Of a stretch of DNA of 64,000 nt, positions 1 through 7,636 are shown one piece after another. The notes beneath the pieces are model-generated. The model was not told the DNA's origin. It worked only from the letters and a program-made list of their open reading frames with translations, and made no database searches. Both the position numbers and the translations under genes were made by a program. The stretch lies in sequence record NC_048054.1; one strand, given 5' to 3'. Within the stretch, counting starts at the first letter, position 1. Each line of letters begins with the position of its first letter.

Positions 1-628
1 GCACATCGTACCCATCGAGCAAGCCGTGACGTTGATAAACTTCAAGGCGAAGTACCGGTGCGCTGACCCCACCACGTTCCATAATGGTGAGGTCAATCTT
101 ATCGGCATAAATGAATGGACGTTCGCGCTTACACAAGATGTAGTCAATCTCATGCAAATTAAACAGCGTGAAGTTCATATAGCCGATAATGAACTCGGCT
201 ATGAGTTTGAACGATTCACTCATGTCCTGCCGAAACTGTTGTGTGAGAATCTGATCAACGTAAGGACGAATCGCCATACGCATCTCATACCAACTCTCAC
301 AGAACAGCGCGGGAAAGTCTTCAGGATGGTGGGCCATAAGACCCAACACCTCGTTTTCAGTATCTGCAAAGGAACTTAAAATATCAGTGGCATCGTGTTC
401 CATTTCGACACCACGACCAGTTGAAATGAATCGACGTTCAATGTCTCTCAACCAAGACTCCGACGCAGATAGGTATTGAAGCAATGTTTCTCGTGCGGCA
501 GCCGTGAAGTTATGCCTGGTAGAGTCTAGGACTTCACCTAGCATAAAGGCTTTCGCTTTGTAGAAATCACCATAGCGTTCGGCGGTGAATCGTCTGAACC
601 CTATGTTATTCTTCAAATAGCCCATCAT
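1..628 (-). CDS. Hypothetical protein, 3'-truncated by window start (MMGYLKNNIGFRRFTAERYGDF..., >=209 aa)
   Basis: Read by hand: ATG at 628 overlaps the TGA of 625..1143 (ATGA coupling), and the frame is open to position 1. It is absent from the ORF track because no stop falls in the window. Confidence 0.75.
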   Translation of the reverse strand, partial: MMGYLKNNIGFRRFTAERYGDFYKAKAFMLGEVLDSTRHNFTAAARETLLQYLSASESWLRDIERRFISTGRGVEMEHDATDILSSFADTENEVLGLMAHHPEDFPALFCESWYEMRMAIRPYVDQILTQQFRQDMSESFKLIAEFIIGYMNFTLFNLHEIDYILCKRERPFIYADKIDLTIMERGGVSAPVLRLEVYQRHGLLDGYDV

Positions 629-1143
629 CGCAATGCCCTCAAATCATTCAACTCCGTGTTGCCTTGAGCATTCGGGGTTGTATAAAGAGAACTGGATATG
701 CTCTGCAATCGCAGACCGAGCTTCTCAAGTTCTTGTTGGCTCCCACCTAACTTATCAAGCACTTCGCGCATTAGCTCGACTGACACCTGATGGTCTTGGG
801 ATTGCTGGGATATGATTCGTTCGAAGCGCTGCATCGCACGAAGAACTGAGTTCAATCCCTCTCTCATATCCAAATTATCGACTGGTGCGGAATCGGCGAT
901 TGACTGAATCAGTCGCATCATCTGCGCTAAGTCGGCTTGCACTATACTGCTATCTGGATTGACAGCAGTAGTTGCGGCTTCCAGCTCTGCATTCCGCTCC
1001 CTCAGTTGCTCCAGTTCTTCAAGCTGAGGCAGTATTTTCCACCAAACATAGCCACCGCCAATGATCAGTAGAACAACAGAGAAGACAGTCGCATAGTTGG
1101 ACGCGAGCAACTTGTCTAAAATTTCCGCCCACATTATATTCAA
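625..1143 (-). CDS. Single-pass membrane protein with ~130-aa coiled coil (holin-like candidate)
   Basis: One TM segment (YATVFSVVLLIIGGGYVWW) followed by K and heptad-rich helices; ATGA-coupled on both sides. Confidence 0.65.
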   Translation of the reverse strand: MNIMWAEILDKLLASNYATVFSVVLLIIGGGYVWWKILPQLEELEQLRERNAELEAATTAVNPDSSIVQADLAQMMRLIQSIADSAPVDNLDMREGLNSVLRAMQRFERIISQQSQDHQVSVELMREVLDKLGGSQQELEKLGLRLQSISSSLYTTPNAQGNTELNDLRALR

Positions 1144-1424
1144 CCCTTACAGGTGTTGTCGTTCAGATCAACAATAATCCTCTCGGCACCTGGTTCGTTT
1201 ACGTCAGTGGTTTTGTACGTGTGCGCCATCCTAGGCTTGAACTCTAAGCAACTCTGTCCGTACCGACCATCGACGACACAAATGGCAGACAAGCAGCTAA
1301 CATCTTCCTTGAGTATCAAATTTTCAGGAGAGTCGTTGGCACTTCTAACAGCAGTGATCACGAAACCAACCACAGCGAGAGAAACAGCAACGATAATCGC
1401 AATCCTAATTCGCTTGGCTTGCAT
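1140..1424 (-). CDS. Small N-terminally anchored membrane/periplasmic protein with 4 Cys (antiholin-like candidate)
   Basis: Basic N-terminus, then an Ala/Val/Gly-rich TM (IAIIVAVSLAVVGFVITAV) and a Cys-containing C-domain; GAGGT SD; GCTAATTT motif upstream. Confidence 0.6.
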   Translation of the reverse strand: MQAKRIRIAIIVAVSLAVVGFVITAVRSANDSPENLILKEDVSCLSAICVVDGRYGQSCLEFKPRMAHTYKTTDVNEPGAERIIVDLNDNTCKG

Positions 1425-1459
1425 TTCGGGTTCTACCTCATGGTCCTTTTATCTGAGTG

Positions 1460-1467
1460 AAATTAGC
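1460..1467 (-). promoter_or_regulatory. GCTAATTT motif, candidate phage late promoter
   Basis: AAATTAGC on + strand in the 64-nt gap, 36 nt upstream of the 1424 start; same 8-mer recurs in other intergenic gaps. Confidence 0.5.
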
Positions 1468-1488
1468 GAACCACTGATGTACGGAAGG

Positions 1489-2514
1489 TTATTCCTTCAA
1501 TACACCGCCAATCTCCGCAAACATATTTTTGTAGACCAATGAGCCATCCAGCTTATCCAATCGTTCCGCCTGAACATAAAGTCTAGGTGATGTGCGCATG
1601 TTCGCCCACGTCTTTTCATTACGATCAAGTCCACCAAGCATCGGGACAATGACCATACTGAGATTCCTATTTGCTCTGACGAAACCTATGTCAATATGCT
1701 TCCTGTTTATGCTTATGAACAGTCTATTGATTGCGTCCAAACCAACAGGCCGATTGAATTCCGTGTCACTGACAGTATTGACTAAGCTAATGAGAAACCC
1801 TCTCTCCTTGCTTTCAATTTCAAACAGGTCTGCTTTCAAATCACCAACAGTTGACGCAGAGTAATACGACACGTCATGGCCATAGTCTTTGAGGCAAGCA
1901 CCTAGCGTACGGGCTGATTCAATGTGCGCTACGTTATCATCTCGCAGGATATAGACAGGAGCATCGGACTGATATGTCTTCTGCGCAATCATGCTGATAA
2001 GATCGCAAGAGGGCTTGCCTACAGTGGCCAAACCCTTATTGGCGACAAAGAATTTGTCACGATAAACATCATACACGTTTGGTGGCATGTACTTCATGTA
2101 ATCATCGTCCAGGCTAAGTATCACGCGAGGCTTAGTTAACTGGACGACGAGTTGCATACTGCGAAGTGATGCCTTGTACTCCGTGTCAGATAATACGCGA
2201 CTAATAGGCAGATACTGCACGACAACAAATCGGTCATCAATTGAATCGACAACCGAGCGTATCAGCGTACTGCCTAACGTAGGCCCAGCAGAGAATTGGG
2301 TAACGATCATTAGGCCATCTTCCACTAAGCCTTTCGACTCAGCGAGCGTCATGCCGTTACCTGTCTGCTTTACCGCGCGCTCCCACGTTATTGAAGGTTC
2401 GTCTCGGCTTTCGGCGTGTACAGAAGCTGCGCCGTACCAGAGACAGGCTCCAAGAATGTAAGCAGCAATACGTTGTCTGGATCGGCTTCGGCTGGAGTAA
2501 CAGTTTCCGGCCAT
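1489..2514 (-). CDS. Secreted/periplasmic protein, ABC substrate-binding/periplasmic-sensor-like fold
   Basis: GAGGAG SD 7 nt before the ATG. Sec-type signal (RSRSRQR-IAAYILGACLWYGAA-SVHA/ES). Segment KPRVILSLDDDYMKY resembles the KPDxIIxxDDxA motif of COG2984-like sensor domains. Confidence 0.55.
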   Translation of the reverse strand: MAGNCYSSRSRSRQRIAAYILGACLWYGAASVHAESRDEPSITWERAVKQTGNGMTLAESKGLVEDGLMIVTQFSAGPTLGSTLIRSVVDSIDDRFVVVQYLPISRVLSDTEYKASLRSMQLVVQLTKPRVILSLDDDYMKYMPPNVYDVYRDKFFVANKGLATVGKPSCDLISMIAQKTYQSDAPVYILRDDNVAHIESARTLGACLKDYGHDVSYYSASTVGDLKADLFEIESKERGFLISLVNTVSDTEFNRPVGLDAINRLFISINRKHIDIGFVRANRNLSMVIVPMLGGLDRNEKTWANMRTSPRLYVQAERLDKLDGSLVYKNMFAEIGGVLKE

Positions 2515-3212
2515 AGAACTTCTCCTCTCTCGTCAGTGACGTAAGGAATGCCGTTGCCTTTGCCCAATCCATGACGCAAAGCCCAAACGGTATCGGCATT
2601 CTCCTGCACGAACACTAACCCTTTTGTTTCTGGCTCACCCGCACTGTCTTCAAGTGCTGTAACACGCGCCGTAAGAAGCTGTGCATCAGTCTGAATAGTA
2701 CGAATGGCGCTAAGGTTAGAGTTAACGCGCTGGTTCATGTTGTTGAACATGGTGAAGAACGAATTGTTCATCGCCGTGCGAACGCCGTCCGTATAGGACT
2801 TAGGAATCAGTTCGTCGTTATCGTAGGTTGTTACACCTGAGCGCACAAGAACTTTACCGGTAAGACGTCCACCACTTGCGCTGATAATCTGAGGGGCTGG
2901 CAAATCAGCTTCGTCCCAGACTTGAACAGTGGTCATCACCGTATTGTAGTCGGTCTCTTCCTGCCACGTATTTCTATAAGGAGCTGTGGCAGTTTTGGAT
3001 TTACGACGCATCACCTTTTTATAGTTAGCGCTCGTACCGTCCGCGATAATCCAGAGACCGTTCAGTGGGAAAACGCGAGTGTAAGGCTCGGCGAATGCTA
3101 AGATGATCGTCACATCAGCACTTACCTTATACACAATATCGTTCGACGCTGACAGTCCTTGCTGTTGTGCAAGACTAATCAACGTGTCCACGTAGTTAGT
3201 CAACTGGCTCAT
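2388..3212 (-). CDS. Virion/tail-associated protein with C-terminal small beta domain
   Basis: AGGAG SD. C-terminal WALRHGLG..PYVTDERGE..DNVLLLTFLEPVSGTA matches the common phage W-x-I-x-H-N-L-G type module. Confidence 0.7.
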   Translation of the reverse strand: MSQLTNYVDTLISLAQQQGLSASNDIVYKVSADVTIILAFAEPYTRVFPLNGLWIIADGTSANYKKVMRRKSKTATAPYRNTWQEETDYNTVMTTVQVWDEADLPAPQIISASGGRLTGKVLVRSGVTTYDNDELIPKSYTDGVRTAMNNSFFTMFNNMNQRVNSNLSAIRTIQTDAQLLTARVTALEDSAGEPETKGLVFVQENADTVWALRHGLGKGNGIPYVTDERGEVLWPETVTPAEADPDNVLLLTFLEPVSGTAQLLYTPKAETNLQ

Positions 3213-3672
3213 CCGAGACTCCTAACGATTGAAGAATAATAGAACTTTTATCGGAGAAGGCCTTAGCGATCAGTTTGGCAGCAGCCTTATCGACAACGAG
3301 TGTGCTGATTTTCCCTTTGGTGTTGCACACAATAGTCTGCGGAGCAAACTGCGCACAAGCCAAAGCAAATAGCAGATGGTTGCCTAAGTCACCAGAGATG
3401 CTAATCTCAACGCCAAGTTCTGGCACTGAGATGTTCTGGTTGATTTCGGCAACGAACTGCGCCAGCACCACAGGGTCGATTTCAGGAGGCGCTGTATCAT
3501 ATCCTTCGACAAGATCAATCTGACCAGTAGAAGGGTCAAACGCGAATGCAGATGGGTCGCCAATGATTCTGCCGAATAGCTCGTCACTGACTTCAATGCA
3601 ATCGTCGTCTGTCTTCTCGCGCACACGACCAATGACTGCGTTCGTGGCGCGATTGATTTTGATTATCGGCAT
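3196..3672 (-). CDS. Putative tail-fibre assembly chaperone (158 aa)
   Basis: Follows a fibre gene; start moved to the ATG at 3672 (AGGTG SD, 1 nt after the upstream TAA); size and position typical of Tfa-like proteins. Confidence 0.5.
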   Translation of the reverse strand: MPIIKINRATNAVIGRVREKTDDDCIEVSDELFGRIIGDPSAFAFDPSTGQIDLVEGYDTAPPEIDPVVLAQFVAEINQNISVPELGVEISISGDLGNHLLFALACAQFAPQTIVCNTKGKISTLVVDKAAAKLIAKAFSDKSSIILQSLGVSDEPVD

Positions 3673-3673
3673 A

Positions 3674-4495
3674 TTAATCACCTACCGCAGTATACCAGAA
3701 GTCCCAGCCAGCAGTGTTGGTGCCAGTAGACTTGATGGTGAAGCCGCCTAACAGGGCGTTCTCATTCATCGCGCTTGTACCATCCAGATTGTAGAGCTGG
3801 TAGGTCTTCGCTTGGTTGAGTGCAGCGTTCACAAAGGTAATCTGAATGCTGATACAACGGTTGATGAATGCCGTGTTAAACACAACATGAATTGTGTCGG
3901 TAGTTGATGCGTTCACGACTCGACCCATGTTATGAGTAAAGCCAGTGTTCATATCGCGGTTGCTACCAATCCATGCGTTCGGTATCACTGCACCGGTAAC
4001 AGGGTTGAGCGCTTGAGACACACGATACTCGTCAATAGCAGCATCGCGGCCTGGGCTACCAGTAGGTCCTGTTGCACCCGTAGGGCCGACAGCACCAGTG
4101 TTACCTGTAGCACCTACAGGGCCTGTGTTACCTGTAGGACCGTTACGTCCACGAGGCCCACGAGGTCCTGGACAGCCGTCTTCACCGTCGCGACCATCAC
4201 GACCATCAGCACCAGGGAGGCCACGCAGACCTTCTTTACCCTGTTTACCTTCACGTCCTGATTTAAGCTGGTCGGCAGTAGGCAAACCAATCACACTCGA
4301 TTGACTGCCATCAGGCCAGATGACTGTTAGCGTACCTGTAGTTGTGTCGAACTCAACACCCTGAGAGCCGGGAATCTTTGCAGCCTCTGCTGGGTCGATA
4401 AACGCAACAGCGGTCGCCGTCTTCTTACCTAACACTTTACCGACAGGCGAAGCACCGCCGTCGATAAGTGCAGGATTAATCTTCGTAAGAGACAT
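3674..4495 (-). CDS. Collagen-like fibre protein A (24 Gly-X-Y triplets) with C-terminal beta domain
   Basis: GREGKQ...GSPGRD triplet run; shared N-module FDTTTGTLTV..GLPT. Confidence 0.85.
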   Translation of the reverse strand: MSLTKINPALIDGGASPVGKVLGKKTATAVAFIDPAEAAKIPGSQGVEFDTTTGTLTVIWPDGSQSSVIGLPTADQLKSGREGKQGKEGLRGLPGADGRDGRDGEDGCPGPRGPRGRNGPTGNTGPVGATGNTGAVGPTGATGPTGSPGRDAAIDEYRVSQALNPVTGAVIPNAWIGSNRDMNTGFTHNMGRVVNASTTDTIHVVFNTAFINRCISIQITFVNAALNQAKTYQLYNLDGTSAMNENALLGGFTIKSTGTNTAGWDFWYTAVGD

Positions 4496-4506
4496 GGGCT
4501 AAACTC

Positions 4507-4710
4507 CTAACCAGTCAGTGTTGTCCAATCTGGTTGACCCGATTGTCCGGCCTCAGGATTTTTAACTTTGGTGTTGTTGATTGTCATGCGAACCCAACGC
4601 ACACTTCCATCTGAATCCTGATACCGAACCTTCGTTCCACCATACGCTAAATTAGCTACCCATCTGTCTCTGCTTGGGTCTTTGAATGCTAAACGTGCAT
4701 AAGCTGGCAT
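4507..4710 (-). CDS. Small fibre adaptor-like protein (67 aa, three Trp-ended repeats)
   Basis: Closely packed between fibre genes; repeats resemble the N-terminus of 7637..9661. Confidence 0.7.
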   Translation of the reverse strand: MPAYARLAFKDPSRDRWVANLAYGGTKVRYQDSDGSVRWVRMTINNTKVKNPEAGQSGQPDWTTLTG

Positions 4711-4719
4711 ACGCTCTCC

Positions 4720-7593
4720 TTAACTGTCAATCTCGTCTGGCTCCCAGCACAGGATAGGACGGCGCCACACTTGGAATACGCCTTGAGGACTAGCGAGCCC
4801 ATCGAAGCAATCCATAGTTGTACCACCTGAGTTGCCGCTTTTCATCAGCGTCTGCAAGTCTTGATACCAAGATGCACGGCCACCAGAGTCAGCTTCAAAC
4901 AATCCTTCCCATACCATATCGAAAGCGCCTTTCCACGCATTGAAGTGGTGAGAAGAAACAGCACCGTCTTCCGTTGTACACAATACCATGTACTGATAAT
5001 CCTTCACACACGGAATCATGTAGTTGTTACCGCGTGGCATTGTCGTACTGTTATTGTTGAAGATACATTCCCAACCAGTACGGTCAGCAGCGCCTGTCGT
5101 CAGGAACAGCGGACGACGGATGATCATCATGATGCCGTTTTCTGTACCGCCATTCTTCGATTTCTCGCAGTACGCATTACAACGGAACGCTCGGTCAACG
5201 GTGAACGTCGTTGAGTTCGAGAAGTCTCGGTTATAATAGTTAGCGCCCCACTTAGGCAGATATTCGGTAGGCGGTACGAAGAAATGACGCTCTGCAAGTT
5301 CAACCTCACCGTAGCGATCATACGCAAACACGATGTATTCATAGCCAGGCGCAATGGTAATGTTGTGGCCCTGAGTACCAACCCCGTTCCACTTCCAGAC
5401 AACCTGCCAGTCATTCGAATCACGCGATGCTTCTTCGGTAATGAGCTGATACTTACGCTCATAGATGTGCCACACTTTCCCTTCTTCTGTGGTGTTGATG
5501 TACAACGAGTTCGGGTCATTGATATTCCCGTTCTCAGTGCCGCAGTAAATCTTATGCGACGCACCAGCAGAGTTATAGATAGTGCCGGACCCGATTGAGC
5601 CAAACATATCCCAATTCATCATCAGGTGAGAGGTACACATTTCGTTCTGGCCGCTACCGTCCGACGTTGTGACAAGATATTCACAGAGGTCCTTGAACGG
5701 ATATTTAACGTAGCGATTGTTCGCACGGTTAACAACGTGAACCCAATCGTGGGACTGAATCTTAGGCACAGGGAAGCATGGGTTAGTTACGGAAACAACG
5801 AAGGTCTTTGTCTCGTACATAGGCAGCTTCTTGAAACGGTTATCCCTAATCGTAACAGTATGCTGCATACCCATTGTCGAAGCACCATCCTGAGAGCCAA
5901 GCACTTTGTAGTAGCGCAGATGACTGCTCTTGGTGTTTTCGAACAGGCCATTGAGCGCCATGCTCATGTTACCTTCGCGGTCTGTGCCTGTCACGTATGG
6001 GAAGCCATTCGTATCGAAGTCATAGCCGACAGAGAAGTAACTGTCAGTATCAGATGACTTGGCACCACGATACATTTCATTCCACGCGTTACCCTCACCA
6101 ATACCAGGCTCACCGAACAGTGAGTATGCAGCACGATACACGTATTGCGATCCTGCGTACACACGACGCGATGCACCGATGCGATACATGGCTTGAGGCA
6201 GACCGCCCTGCAGTCGGTTAACGTCGGCTGTATCGTATGACACAACGTAGACGTAATGGTCAGAGCCGATAGAGTTCAGGAAAGCCGCACATGCCTGAGC
6301 ATTCGCAACGCCTGGGTTAGTTCCTTCGGCCGATGCGTGAATGTCAAATGTACGACGCTCCACCAGCGCAAGGTCAGACTTACGAATCTTATAAACGTTC
6401 CAGCCACGAGTATCGGTGTAGCGGGTACCGTTAAAGATCGTGTAGCCTGTATCTCCTGTGTCCAGATAACGCTGATAGCCTACAACGTGAGAGAAGATTC
6501 GGCTACGCGCTGCAAGCGATTGAGCATTCTCGTTTGACCAACTAACAGACACGTCACCCGCAGCCATACGTGCTGCCCAATCGTCAGGCTTGTATGGATA
6601 TGTTGTGACGTCGAAGTCTACCTGATATGCAGAGCCAGGTTCGACGCAGCACTTATCACGATAGATAAGAGGCGGGTCAAGGATAACGTCATCGGAGATA
6701 TCAACCTGTCCGCAATAGAACTGACGCCATGTGCCAGGCTGGCCACCGATAGTACCTGGACCTGCTTGAGTGGTTCCTGTGAACTGATACGCGGCAGAGA
6801 CTTCGAAGTTGATTTGGTTATGCAACTGCACAACGTTAGTCCAAGATACGTGGTTGCCGAACGCGTTAATGCTTTTGTTCTTTGCTGCGACAGTGGCCGC
6901 AATATATGCTTGGCCATTGCTGCGAATACCGAGTGGGTTGAAGATCGCATTGAAGTTTACGTTACCTTCATACGGACCTTTCTGCAACACAATCAGGCTA
7001 ACACCATTACGATGCGCTTCACGCAGAGCAGTAAGCATCTGAGTAGGCATACTCTGGTTGGTAGCAGACAGCAGAAGCATTACGCAACTGAACTGTTTGA
7101 AATACTTGTACGTACCATCGTAACCATACGCACCAGCGTTAATCTCTTGCCAGCTATGTGCCAGCATGTCGAGAGGGATGCGCTGCATATACGCAACGAG
7201 TTGTCCCCACGACTCCATTGCAGTGTCATCATTGACAGGTGCAAGGTCTGATATGACAAGCATGGTGCTGCCATATGTGATGTTCGAGTTGTAGCCGCGT
7301 TGTGTCAACAGGTGACGCAGCACACCCATGTTGTTAATGCTCTTATTGCGGTAGTTACCGAGCCAACCGTAGTTAGCATCAACAAGAGGACTACCGTCAC
7401 GGACGAATCGACCATTCATGTAGACAGAGCCGAAGCCGCATACGTATGAAAGAGCATGACCATCAACAACAAAAGAGGTGAAGCGTGAGCTATCAACTGC
7501 CATAGCGTCTACTGCGGTAATAGAGCCATCGCCAGGACTACCGCTAAATACAGGCGTAATGCCTCGCGCATACAAGCAGCTTTGTTGCAGCAT
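4720..7593 (-). CDS. Large putative receptor-binding protein with ILEI/PANDER (GG-lectin-like) domain and three C-terminal repeats
   Basis: 957 aa. RTFDIH..AAFLNSIGSDHYVYVVSYD..YRAAYSLFG fits ILEI/PANDER. Three W-x-x-V...RRP/ERK repeats at the C-terminus. Confidence 0.65.
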   Translation of the reverse strand: MLQQSCLYARGITPVFSGSPGDGSITAVDAMAVDSSRFTSFVVDGHALSYVCGFGSVYMNGRFVRDGSPLVDANYGWLGNYRNKSINNMGVLRHLLTQRGYNSNITYGSTMLVISDLAPVNDDTAMESWGQLVAYMQRIPLDMLAHSWQEINAGAYGYDGTYKYFKQFSCVMLLLSATNQSMPTQMLTALREAHRNGVSLIVLQKGPYEGNVNFNAIFNPLGIRSNGQAYIAATVAAKNKSINAFGNHVSWTNVVQLHNQINFEVSAAYQFTGTTQAGPGTIGGQPGTWRQFYCGQVDISDDVILDPPLIYRDKCCVEPGSAYQVDFDVTTYPYKPDDWAARMAAGDVSVSWSNENAQSLAARSRIFSHVVGYQRYLDTGDTGYTIFNGTRYTDTRGWNVYKIRKSDLALVERRTFDIHASAEGTNPGVANAQACAAFLNSIGSDHYVYVVSYDTADVNRLQGGLPQAMYRIGASRRVYAGSQYVYRAAYSLFGEPGIGEGNAWNEMYRGAKSSDTDSYFSVGYDFDTNGFPYVTGTDREGNMSMALNGLFENTKSSHLRYYKVLGSQDGASTMGMQHTVTIRDNRFKKLPMYETKTFVVSVTNPCFPVPKIQSHDWVHVVNRANNRYVKYPFKDLCEYLVTTSDGSGQNEMCTSHLMMNWDMFGSIGSGTIYNSAGASHKIYCGTENGNINDPNSLYINTTEEGKVWHIYERKYQLITEEASRDSNDWQVVWKWNGVGTQGHNITIAPGYEYIVFAYDRYGEVELAERHFFVPPTEYLPKWGANYYNRDFSNSTTFTVDRAFRCNAYCEKSKNGGTENGIMMIIRRPLFLTTGAADRTGWECIFNNNSTTMPRGNNYMIPCVKDYQYMVLCTTEDGAVSSHHFNAWKGAFDMVWEGLFEADSGGRASWYQDLQTLMKSGNSGGTTMDCFDGLASPQGVFQVWRRPILCWEPDEIDS

Positions 7594-7607
7594 GTTATGT
7601 CCTTAGA

Positions 7608-7631
7608 TCGAGAAGAGGGGCCGAAGCCCCT
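7608..7631 (-). terminator. Hairpin AGGGGC-TTCG-GCCCCT, probable terminator (weak U tail)
   Basis: Perfect 6-bp stem with C(UUCG)G loop just after the 7637 stop. Confidence 0.55.
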
Positions 7632-7636
7632 ATATG

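Noticed and set aside
26-379. Plus-strand 117-aa ORF at the window start
   Set aside because: It is the shadow of the coupled minus-strand ORF 628 to <1.
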